From Rhynchobatus australiae (Eukaryota), in assembly GCA_034780895.1 (NCBI GenBank), contig JAUZTB010000127.1, positions 69,020,101 through 69,084,100 on the forward strand: a stretch of DNA of 64,000 bases, read 5' to 3'. Positions within the stretch are counted from its first letter, which is position 1. Each line of letters opens with the position of its first letter. Shown piece after piece: positions 51,901 through 64,000 of this stretch. Below the pieces are notes generated by a model. It made no database searches. It was not told the origin of the DNA and worked only from the letters and a program-made list of their open reading frames with translations. A program made the translations under genes and the position numbers.

Positions 51901-54398
51901 AAGGAAATGAATTTTTAAAAAAATGTAGTGGTTAACATTGGGTGTAATAAGGAGACCTCAAAAGTTGGCACAGTAACTGAGTGTACCTCAAAAGTTAGGT
52001 AATTAAGGTCCATAGCTACATTTATATTCAATAATATTCTGCTGCTAGTCTTTCCTTCCAGTATACATATCCCAAAGAGTTAACTTCAAATTAAACATAA
52101 ACTTGAAAAATTCCACCAAGTTTCTATTTGGGTTACAGCCATCTATGCAACACCTGCACAGTGGGAGTGTCTTCACCAAGGTAGTAGCTCATCACAATCT
52201 TCAAGGATAATAAATGCTGGCCTTGCCATGGTCATTCGAATCCCAAAACTTAATAAAGATAGTAATGGCAGAATCAGCATCACAGGTTTTTGTGCTTAAA
52301 TTCACTCTCTAATCGCCTCTATGTAGAAATGCATCAACAACTCTTAGCTTTTGTTTCTAATACCATCATTTTTGGACACTGGTAAACTCAAGCAGGGGCT
52401 GAAGATTCACACAACCCAAATATTTGCATTTGGCAAGGTTCAAGTTCAAAAGTCATTTTAAGATCATCTGCAACATTGACATAAAGATAACAAACTCTCA
52501 GACCAGATTTAGCCATCAAGAAATTACATGATTTCCCCTATTCATGCTTTCTTGGCCCAGCAGCTCTATAAATGCAAACCTTCCAAGGTCACGCACATTG
52601 TACTTTACAGCCAGCATCTATCTGTTCATGTTTGTAAACAAAATGAGCGAGCAAGCACAAAAATTAAAGATTGGGAGAATGGACAATAATCCAGTTATGG
52701 TTGTGGGGGTCATGAATTCATCTTTCAACTATTTACTAAATATGGTCATTAACACCAAAAGAATTTACCCTGAAACCTACCAGATTGAAATCAGAAGGCA
52801 GTCTGCAGATCACTGGCAGCATATCTGGAGGAAGTACCAAGGAACTCAATAAGATAATCTGGATAAATTAAATTTTGTTAACAATAATTACACGGTCAGA
52901 ATTGGAAACCAGTTAGCCATTTGCTTCCTTCTCTGTCAGTGTTCTTATCAATAGATGCATTTCAGAAAAGGCTCACAAGGGTACTACAAATATAGAATGA
53001 TCATCTTACGAGGAAAGGTTCAATAGGTCAGGTCTGACCACTCCAAACCATCCTCGGCTTGACGCTTTTTTTTTCTCCGATGACTTTCTCGTTACCATTC
53101 CACTATTAGCCATTCACCCCTCTCGCCATCATTCTCACTTTCTCTGGGACATTTTTTAAAAAGTAAACGTTTCACAGAAATGTATACCTATTAATATGTA
53201 GATTTCTCCCTTTGCCGATAAATCTGATTAGCTGGAAAGCAGTCAGACGATTATGAAATTCGGATCCCAACCAAAAGATAATAGCCAACACTACGTGGAT
53301 TATCATATTCACGTCATGCTTTAGGAACAACATTTTTGGCAGATATTGTACAGCATTGATCGCAAATATGAAAACATATCCAGAATTTGATCACTAAAAC
53401 TCCTGACGTGTGAAGCTGATGGTATTTTATTCATATTTGCGCAGTTACCAAAATTCACCAGTTTAACCTGGTGTATACGCAATTCTATTATATAATTTAA
53501 CATACAGAACAAGATATGTACGAGATATCGTATTTGCTATCAAAGCAAATTAAATAAACATCCAGGAAGCTAATCATTTACTGTATAGTTGTTTTGAGGC
53601 AACCTTTGCTTTTAAAAATGCAGCCTGCTACAAGGACAAATCTTTATTCGATGATTAATGCATCGGTCTTGTGACCCTGACAAATGACACTCGTGATCAC
53701 AACAACATAAGCCAAAGTAGTTCAGCAAGGCTGGAGCTGATATAAAAGCAAAACTTGAAGACAAACAAAACAGGGCAGTCTAGTTTTAAACATTTGGAGT
53801 AGCAAAGACTGTAGGCTGGAGGTTAGTGTTAAATTGGGGGAGGCACTAATGCAAAAGGAAGACGAGAAGGTATAAAGCTGGATGAAATGAAGGAAAAGCT
53901 CAGTCAGTGCCACAACCAAAATGATGAGATTATGCTGGTCTGATGATACGACCAATTATTTTTNNNNNNNNNNNNNNNNNNNNGTACTTTTAATTAATTA
54001 AAATAATTGACCAAAATTACAATAGTTTTCTTAATCACAAATTAACCAAAATTCAAGACTAAAACTAGATTACAAGAGATGAAAATAATACCTGCAGATC
54101 AACAATCCAAACTGATTTTGGAAATTATTTAGAATAATATTTTCTTAAGTTTGGATGTCAAGGCATGCAGGAAAAGTAACAAAAAAAAGCGCAATAGAAA
54201 GAATAAGAATATTGAGAGAAGCAAAAGGAACAAAACATCTAAAATATGCCAAAGAAAATCCACATTTAAAAATTGCTTCAAATAATCTTCGTAAGTACTT
54301 GCCAAAGAATAAAAGAGCAAGTAGAACCCAATTAATAGCTATGAAAATACATTGCCAAATGCAGAAAACAGAAGGACTCTCCTAAATGCTCTCAGGCA

Positions 54399-54705
54399 GG
54401 CACGGTAGTGTACAGGCAAGCATGATAATGTAGCGGTTAGCGTAACACTATCATAGTGCCAGTGACCCGGGTTCAATTCCAGCTGCTGTCTGTGAGAAGT
54501 TTGTACATTCTCCCGGTGTCTGCGTGGGTTTCCTCCGGGTGCTCCGGTTTCCTCCCACATTCCAAAGACATACAGGTTAGAAAGTTGTGGGCAAGCTATG
54601 CTGGCGCTGGAAGCGTGGCGACACTTGCGGGCTGCCCCCAGAACACTCTACGCAATAAGATGTATTTCACTGTTTCGATGTATATGTGATTAATAAAGAT
54701 ATATA
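54399..54705 (+). mobile_element. Young tRNA-derived V-SINE
   Basis: 'ggcacggtagtgta...gtagcggttagcgtaac...gacccgggttcaattcc', V-domain 'tgcgtgggtttcctccgggtgctccggtttcctcccacattccaaagac', tail 'aataaagat'; CpGs retained. Confidence 0.85.
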
Positions 54706-57700
54706 TTCCTATTATATATATTAATTCTGGAGGGACATGAAGTTCTCAAATTCCCAAAATCACACAGAAACTAAACTTGTATCACATTCTTGCAGCTGTT
54801 TTAGGTAACTTTTGTTACACTGAAAACACTCAAAACAACCTTTGCAAAGCAACTAGTTGGCATACGTAATTAGCATAATAAATGTAGCTACATATAATTA
54901 AAGAAAGTCATTTTTCATGACCTTGGGACACCACAGATCAAGTTACAGCCATTGAAGTAAATCTAGAGAGTAGACAGGGTTGTGATATAAGAAAACAACC
55001 AACTTGCACAGCACAAGGTCCCACAAATAAAAATTTTATCAGCTCATTTAGTGATATTGATTAAGGTGAGTAATATTGGCTAGGATTAGGGATAACATTC
55101 CCAATTTATTTTTGAAATTTTTGAGATTTTTAGGCCCACCTGTGAGAACAGTTAGGGCCACAGTTGGACATCTCATTCACGAAGCCTTGTCTCCAGCAGT
55201 GCAACTGCAAGGTAGTCTCACAAGAATGACTGTCAAAATTACAAAACGATCAGCAGCCAAGTTACTGTCAAATAAACTGGCAACAGCTACTAAATAGACC
55301 AAGGGTCACATGTTAATATTGAACAGTTAAATATCCTGACAATGCCTCCATCAACGGCAAGTTCGGAGATTTATTTTTAAACACAGTAAATCAATGAACA
55401 CAGTGCTTAATAATCCTGTCAAAAATAATTACAGGTTCAACTTTTTGCAGAAATAAATACTGTACAGAACCTCTTTGTGGCTGGGTCCAAAGACAAAGTA
55501 TGTGATGTGCAAAGAGAGTTAAATTGTAGACTGAAATGTGAAACAGATAGTTTTGCTCTTCCTAGTTTGCTGGGTTAAAAGAATTTTCTTTCCCTGCCTT
55601 AAGGAAAGGAATTATGACATACACTGTAAAACAGTTAAACTTGAAGACAACATTAACTAGCTAGAGGCAGTCCATTGCAGGTGAAATTCAATAAAATGCA
55701 AGGCATTAAAATGGATAATTACAGAGCTCTATGAAAAGCCTCAAGTTTACTGAGGTCAATGGTTAAAACACAGATTTTAACCAACAAACTGCTGAAGAAA
55801 CTCAGTGGTTGAACAGTACCTGTCAGGGGAAAAGGAACTGTCAACTTTTAGAGTTGAGACCCTACATCAATCCAGATGCATAGCCTTGACGTGAAGCATC
55901 GACGATACATTCCCTCCCCCCACCCACCCACCCCACAGATGCTGCTCAGCCAACTTTCTCCAGCAGTTTGCTTTTTGCTCCAGATTCNNNNNNNNNNNNN
56001 NNNNNNNCTCGTCTCCAGATTAAAATCAACAAGGCCAAAAGCTTAACTATGTTACTAAGTTAAAATAATACGAATTGGAGAATATCATACCAACACTGTG
56101 GTCACCAAGGTACAAGCTCTGGATGAACTCATGACTTCAGCTTTAAAGAGCTCAGTCTTGAATTATGCTTCTGATTAAATCTTAACAGTACAAAACTGCG
56201 TACATTCAGACTGGTGAACGGCAAATTTAAAATTAATGTCAAATGAACTAAGTACAGTTGAGGATGTAAAAGCCTTGAAGTCATTCAAGCAGCAGCTAGT
56301 ACTTGTTGGATTTTTCTCAATGTACAAACTAAAGTAAATAAACCTCCTCATATTTATCTGCAAGAACTTCTGGTAACTTTTATCTGAAAAGGGATACATT
56401 CATCAGCAGTTTAAATAAGTTGAACCAATAGAACAAGTGGTCCTTGGAAAGAAGCATATGGAGCCAAATGATGTTCACCCATTCTCTACTTGTGTCCTTC
56501 TGTTAAATTACATAATGAGTAATAATAGCAGTATATACTCCTCCCTCAAGATACCTCACTTCAGTCAACTAACACACCTCACAGTAGAGTTTAAGTGGTT
56601 CTTATTGTCAATGAAGTGGGAAGGTTGAAAACTGGCTATACCTGTCTGTGAAGTCTGTCTTCTTGTAAGCAATTGAGGCGATCCTTGTGTTCTCCCATTA
56701 TTATTTATATTCAGTAATATCATCATTTCAGGGTTTAAACCACACAGGCAAGAGTTATCACAATGCTCAATTTAGGAGGATGATGTTATATTTGTTTAAT
56801 GATGATTCACCACGCTCTCAAATAACTCTTTCTTTAGTGCGAGTAATACTGAGATTTGTCCATAAAAAGTTTTTGAAAACTTTACTTTCGATACACAGCC
56901 CTTACAATGATCACAATTTGTCTATATTTACTCATTTCTATAATTTAATCAAGGAACATGATTTTGCATTCCTTGATAACGTGCGTTGAATTGTTAAACT
57001 TCTTCCTGCACTGTATGCATCATTTTGCTACAACACTCTTGGAATTTGCCACCATTTCTATTTATTCCCACTCCTCCTCTGCACCTACCTGGGGAGTCTT
57101 CTGGTCACCTGCAGATACAGAACATCTCACCACTTCTAATCAAGGTCTCCAGCAAATTATCAGAAAATCTTAGAGCATGCTTTCAGCTGCTGTCTAATCC
57201 TTGAAAGCACTTAGTCATATACCTTCACCTGTAATACGCTTCCCTTTAAGAGAAATAGGCTGCCAGGAAGTAGCAAAAAGGGAAAAATACTGCAGATGCT
57301 GGAATTCTGAAACAGAAATAGGAAGTGCTGGAAATACTCAGTATTCAGGTAGCCACTGTGGGGATGGAAGAGAGCTAACATTTCAGGTTCGCTGGGTTTC
57401 AGGTTAAGAAGTTAAAGTGAGGGTTTGTCCAAATGTACTTATATTGCGAAAACAACTACCCTGAGGATTCTTAAAACAGGGCATGGTTTCAGAAGCAAAA
57501 ATGAAAATTAATGGATCAATTTACTGACCAAAATTCAAATCAGAATAAAATGTGTGGCTTATTTTATAATAAATAATGTGAATTGTTTCTCTCTTCAAAG
57601 ATNNNNNNNNNNNNNNNNNNNNNNNNNNNNNNNNNNNNNNNNNNNNNNNNNNNNNNNNNNNNNNNNNNNNNNNNNNNNNNNNNNNNNNNNNNNNNNNNNN

Positions 57701-60700
57701 NNTCTTGATTTTTATTTGCAAGAAGCCCCAAGTTTCCTTTAATATTTCCAGTGCTTTTTCCATGCAATGAACTTCTGCATTCCCATTTTTAAAATGAAAT
57801 GCAATCAGTAGATAGTACAGCAGATTGTAGTGCATGTTTAATGATGGCCATTTTGTACTACTCCTTGGAATTGAGACAAATCTGTTAGCATGTTTATCAC
57901 CTGTTGACTGAAAGAATTTAATAGTTTTTATCCCTTTTTTCCTCTCATGATTGGACTGAGATGCTGGTTTACTGCTGCCAACCAGCCTCGCATATCTCAA
58001 CCAGGTGCCAGAGAGTGATGACACAGGATTTAGAGCACCCCAGCCAGGCCAGATTGTACCCTGATCAGAAGTCCAGATGCAGTTACCTTAGAAATCAAAG
58101 ACTGTTAATGGATTGGCATCAGGATCGAAAGACTGGGCTGAAGTTTGCACCTTCCAATCCCAGGGACTGTCATGTACAAGCCTGACATTTTCCAGCTTTA
58201 CAAGAAAGGCTCAGTACCACAATGAACAAGGCACTGAGCCATTGGGAAAGCTGAACTTTTCAGTTCTGGTGTTTGCAAGCATTACATAAAAGACGCAAAG
58301 AAAAGGCGTGTCCATGTTATTTTAACTGAACAAAACTTCAGGGAGTTCAAATTGGAAAGCTGTTCTAGCTATATGCAAGATGCTTCCATGGAGAAATTGT
58401 AAAGTGCCACACAAGCTCCTGTGCAAGACATTTGCTGCTGTCAACCAATTGAAAAGGTTTGATGAAAGCCATCTGGCATGTTCAATTTTTTTTCCCCAAG
58501 CAGCCAAGTGCTAATCTGGCAGCAAAGTTTTGTATTTACTGTAAACTGTTTCATTGGAGTTCCTGTTCAAGTTTGAAATATCATTGCCTTGTTTTCTAGG
58601 GAATGGGGAAATTCCTTGTTCCAATTTCCAGGGCTAATCCCATCTACTTTAGGGTCATGCAGAGCACTCAAGATTGGATGTTTTCTGATGGGCAGCCTGT
58701 GATGAGATTGGATTTCATGATTACCCACTGCCCCCTGCAAGTAATGAAGTTTGTTGTGAATCCAGACCATTCACAGGCCCTTCAACTATAAAAATCTTAA
58801 CTAAATTCAGTCCTGCCACCTTATCCAGGGTTAACCTTCCAGAGGAGCCCACTGGAAACCGAGGAGCAAAAGGCACCTTGGCTTTTTCCTTCCCTTACAA
58901 AAGGAAGTAATGCTATCAGCATTTTGCTCAAACTAGATAATGGAGCAACAGGGCTTGAACATGGGGCCTCCTACAACAGTTTTCCTTAGTGCTGGACTTC
59001 AGCACATTTATCATCTAGCAATCAGTAACTTGCACAATCTAAGAATTCTATAGCACAAGAGTATTTACGTTTGTACTGGATGGAAAGAGAAGCATGAAGA
59101 GCCTATAATAATTAAGCACCCAAGATGGGAGCAGTGAACTTGCCTGAAATTACATAGCTGGGTGTGGCCCTCATTGGTGGTCAGTCAGACACAAGTCACT
59201 TTGTTGGGACTATACTGAGGGAATATTGTATTGTGGTCAATGTTTTGTGAAGACCAAGTGCTAGAAAATTGTTCACACAATTTAGGGTAGAGCAATTTTG
59301 TCCAAATTTTTGATGCCTTAGCACCTGTTTGGAAATTTATCCTCTCATTTTTCAGTGGGATTTTTGTTCTGTCTTACATTTTTTGGTGTAAATATTCTCA
59401 AATCATGCAAATACAAAATACTTCTGCAGTGAGATTTTCAAAGTCAATGGTCTGCAAAACAAGTTCTTATTTACTCACAACATAAGTACTGCCCCACATC
59501 CCTGCCATTTAAAGGGCTAACACAAAACGCATTCTTTGGCATCTACAATCTGTGATGACAAATACATGTGCCTTTACATCTTTGCCCATGGAGGTCAGAG
59601 TCATGGCCACTCTGTTTTCTAGCCTCAGGATCATTCCAGGTTACTGCTGCCAATCCCAATCTTGCTGCTGATTGCTACATAATTATTTAGAAGCAAAAGG
59701 TTTAATTTATTTCTCCTTCATTTGACAGTAACTGAGGGAGCAGAGGACTTCTTGACAGCACTCATACCCTTATATTGACCTCCCTGGCAACTTCTTCTCA
59801 GGAGAACCTGGTTCTTACCCTGGGTCTCTGTAGTTCCCATGCATCATGAACACACCTCCTCCAGGCACTGTTCTTCACCGACCTGTCTAGGTTATCAGTT
59901 TCGGCTCAATTTTACAAACGGAAATGCTGCTATGTAAAACTTGCAACTTGCTCTTCATGCAACTTTCACAAACAGCCTTAAAATGACCTGCCACACTGTT
60001 TTAGCACTTAAATCAATAGTGTGGAGAAATTCTCAGACCCAAGTTGGACAAAATTTGGTAATATGCTATAACCCCACATTCAGAGACAAAGTCGTCATTG
60101 TCCCCACTCTGCTGATATCTCCCTTGTTGTTAGTGGGCAATAGCAATAAGTGGGTTCAGCCTACATCATCATGTAGGAGCCCTTTGGGAGGGGGAGGGGG
60201 GGGAAGAGGGGACTGAATGCTATCAAAAACATTAAAAAGGAGCAAATTCAGGTATTTTATTGTTTCACTGTATCAAAAAAAATAGACGAGCTGCTAAAAT
60301 TTGGACTGGATAGTGTTCCAGAGAATTATCCTTTTGTCCTCACTTGCTTCAAAACAGCATTTTGGCAAAAATTGTCACTGGATCAAAATCCTGAAACTCT
60401 CCGTATAGATCTACCATCACCACATGGACCGCAAAGGTTCAAGATGGTGTCTCATTACCGTTTCCCCAAGGAAATGTAGGGATGGACAATAAATGGTGAC
60501 CTTGCCTACAATGCTGTCATCCCATAATGAAAAAAAAAATTAACAAAAAGAGGTACACAAAAGTTTAAAATGTGTAGGATAAATATGTAGGTTGAGATTG
60601 CCTCAACCTCTTATGAGAAAATTAAATGCAATTTAATGATAGGAATTAATCCATATTCTTTGACTTCCCATCGTTGTTAATAATCAAAAAAGCTTTTCTG

Positions 60701-60934
60701 TTCAAAGTGATTTCTATCAGAACTATTTTTAAAGGTGCTCTGCTACAACTCCAGGCTCTCTGTGTTTGTAGTTCTGTCTGGATTGGTTCCATCCATTAAA
60801 TTATTGGTTGTACCCACTAACTCTCATTTATAATGCAGCTGGAGTGAAATTTAATTTTGTCACACCAAAGAGAAAGGAAAAAAACATTTTTGCTTTTAGG
60901 CTACTTCCAGCTACTTCAGTGCATATCAAAAAGA

Positions 60935-61510
60935 AACTGAAGTAGGTCACGCAGCCCCTTGTACCTGGTCCATCATTCAGTAAGATTATGGATGAGCTTT
61001 TATGAAAGCACCACTTTCCTGCACTTGCCCCATATGCCACAATTTCCTTAATATTCAAAAATCTATCAGTCTTCATTATAATCAGCGACTAAGCATCCAC
61101 TCAACTTCTGGATAGAGAATTCCAAAGGCTCAATACCTTCCAGATGAAGACATTTCAACTCTTCTGTATCCTGAATGGTCAGACCTTTACTTCGAGATTG
61201 CGTCCTGGTTCTCAACACCCCAGTCAGAGCAAACATTCACCGTCCTTGCATCTAGCCTGTCAAGAGCTTAAGAACTGTATTTTTCCCAATGACTTTCATT
61301 TCTCCCCCTTCTTCTAAACTGCCTAATCTCTCTTCTGATAATTTTTCCATTCTATGAATTAACATTGTAAACCTTCATTGCACATCCTCTGTTGCAAGTA
61401 TAAAAAGAGGGGAAGTCCAGATTTCAGATGCAGTCTCACCATGGCCCTACATATTTGGACCAAAACAGCACTTCACCTGTACTCAAATCTATTGCAATAA
61501 AGACCTTCCT
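60935..61510 (-). mobile_element. CR1-type LINE 3' end
   Basis: Minus strand KTDRFLNIKEIVAYG and the reversed CR1 tail; 'cctgtactcaaatctattgcaataaagacc'. Confidence 0.65.
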
Positions 61511-64000
61511 ATGCAATCTAAAACAAAACAAAAAGGAAAATTAATTACAAAAAATGCAGTTCTTTCCTTTGTAAATGAGAAAACCATCAGTGATGCCCAT
61601 TTCTCGTTTTGTCCATTTTGAACAAACCCAGGGTACATAAGCATCCCTGTGAAACCAACTCTCAAAACTTAAATTTATGACTTGCAGCTACCACTCTAGG
61701 CTGAAAAGTTGTTAAAAGGTTAAAGTGGAACTGACTCCAAAAGGCTATGTCTAGACTACAGAGCATTTCTTTTGGATCCACCCTTCAGAGCAATGCATAA
61801 AGCCATTGGCCAAGTGACTAATGCTCTCCCGCTGCACAGCGGGCTGCTCTATTTTAACAATTGCGACAATTGTTTTTTTTTAAAAACAGAACTGTCAGGT
61901 TCATGCTCTTCACAGGCCTGTTAAATTAGCTCATTCAGAACAGTGGCTGCTCTCTGCCAAATCCAATCCCTCCCTATTGGATGTAGTCTGGGGGAATAAA
62001 CCACAGAGGACAGGAAGTGTGAGGTCAGCAGGAAGGCATTTTGCGAATTGTGAGCATGCCCCACACCGTGAGAAAAAAAATTCAGATTGCACCACAACCA
62101 GCTGAATTTACTGTAAGACTAAAATAATTCATTTCAAACATATGAATTCAGTGTCATGATTAAAATCATTTTATCAGTATAATTGGTGTACATCTTTGAA
62201 CTACAAATTTATGATACATTTATCATACAAAATGCACTGTTTTGTCTCACTGCTCTTAAATATTTTTTAAAACTCTATGGTTTATGTGGCATCGCAAGTT
62301 AATAGCCAATCTCTAGTTGTTCCAGCAGGCCAGTGCTGATGAATCACAGCTGTCCATCAGCATAGTCTCATATAGCTGATGAGCCTTCTATGCCACCTCA
62401 GAACGCAATAAATTGTGTCAATGTAGATTTGGATGAACGCATAGAGCAGACCTTAAAAGGTTGGCAGGTTTCCTCACTTAACAGGATGAGAGAATCATCT
62501 GCATTTTAAATTCAAAAATTACAGGCATCCATAACACCCTTCCCTTGTGAGCCGGAGGTGGGGGCGTTGAAAAGAGTGCTTTTCCAGGTTCCTCTAGTTT
62601 CCCCATCCTGGAGCACTAACCCTGAGCCAGGTCCACTGCCCCGTGTTCTCTGGGATAAAATTTTGCTGTATTCAATTTTCACAGCACTTAGCTGTTTAAT
62701 GCCAATTCCCTGGCTGTTTGATCATGATGTCCAGCTGTTAAAATTGCCTAATCTTGCCAGCTGCCACTCCCAACTATGCACAATGCAGGCTCTTACACAC
62801 TTCTCCCACAGGAATTAAAAAGGTTTCTATTTCATCTTTTTTTTGGAAAAATAAATTCAAAATCTTCATCTGCCATGCGGACTTTAAATTCTTTACATTT
62901 TCACACTCTGGACTAATAGCCTGAATCACAGGCTTATCTGATTTTCTCCGCAATTCTTTCCTACCTGCCCTCCTTCCTCTATCCCTGTGCTTGCTTAAAA
63001 CCTTTTGCATCTAAACTATATCGAATTCTGGGTGAAAGGCTTAAAGCCCAAAACTCTAACTGCATTTCCCCCTCTCCAAAGATGATCCGGTAAATATGTC
63101 CAGCATTTTCTGGTTTCACATTCTGGAGTACTAATTGAGGGGCAGGATCACAATGTTGCTTTACACTGATACTTTTCTAAAGATTGTTTTACATTACTTA
63201 TAACAAGAAACTGATAAAGAAGTTATTGGTTAAACTAAGTGCTTAAAGAGCACTTAAAAAGTAAAATCTAAAATCATGAAGGGAGAGAATTACATTCTCA
63301 ACTGTGCTATTCAAATTGGGAATCTACGCAGTAAAAGCATAAAAGCAGAACCCAAGCTTCCTAGACTGAAAATCAGTGCACCCAAAAAAAACCAAGTGCC
63401 GACTCAAATTCCACTCTTTCAACACATTCCAATTCGCAGTCATGAGGTGGTGTGTATGGTGGGGGTGGTAGACAGGAGTGGGGGCTGGAAAAGAAACAAA
63501 CCTAGTTCCGAACATGTTAGAATCAAAATTAATAGCTTATTACAGCAATAACTGTGGCTCAATAGCATGTATTGCTTCTCCCCCTCCTGTGGCCGACTCA
63601 CGTTACATACCATCCCTTAGATGCTGGACACTCCCCAGTATTTCAACCAAATCGAGGATCTTCTTGCAACTCTCCAGTCTAGGCAGTGAGTAGCAGTCGT
63701 TCAGTTTATTTTCCTAAAGTCAAGTTCACTCACCCCACTGAACTCTGATTCAAACAAGCTACTTTCCACCCCAAAATGTTGTCATTTCTTTACGGTTAAA
63801 ATCGTTTCTTTAAAAAAATCTGTGTTCCAATTTTGAACATTAAAATACTAAATACCTTGACTACCAGGGTGAATAATCCTCATTGAAAAGCTTAATGAAA
63901 CCCACTCATTATAACACAGCAATTTCAAACAGATTAAACTCACCTGAGACACCTTTGTCTGGGTTCTGAGTACAAATCCAAACTTCCAAACAAATCACGA

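Noticed and set aside
54430-54490. tRNA gene
   Set aside because: A and B boxes belong to a SINE head followed by a V-domain; no full cloverleaf.
60186-60212. G-rich run with G-quadruplex potential
   Set aside because: Isolated low-complexity tract with no supporting context.
63938-64000. Minus-strand consensus donor CAG|GTGAGT near the window end as the PDZ exon 2
   Set aside because: The upstream translations I checked do not resemble the end of the PDZ domain (..KLIVR). It could be a non-coding exon but is unsupported.

Overview
Vertebrate genomic DNA, most likely from a cartilaginous fish. The repeat content (V-SINE/HE1-like SINEs, CR1 with an esterase ORF1, RTE, Penelope-like ends) points to a ray or shark; species not established. 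The only protein-coding gene I can support is a minus-strand SHROOM4 orthologue. Seven coding exons were located by eye with phase-compatible GT-AG junctions: 38403-38272, 35048-32612, 25462-25398, 24014-21897, 17664-17146, 13662-13390 and 11899-11624 (stop). One further exon (phase 2 to 0) is required by phase and probably lies in the N block 13807-14476. The PDZ-coding exons 1-2 were not found and probably lie beyond 64000. The most unusual feature is an in-frame array of about 30 x 48 bp (16 aa) in exon 6. It appears to be an amplification of the conserved SHROOM4 'PPP(N/D)WEKYRL' motif and carries many R-x-x-S sites. Other notable points are a Shroom2/3-type exon, a young CpG-rich solo LTR with a perfect sense splice donor in intron 2, two Tigger-like MITEs, a near-perfect 75-bp palindrome and a ~150-bp inverted duplication. 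No prokaryote-type system (CRISPR, operon) is present. Homology statements rely on recalled human Shroom sequences, not database searches.
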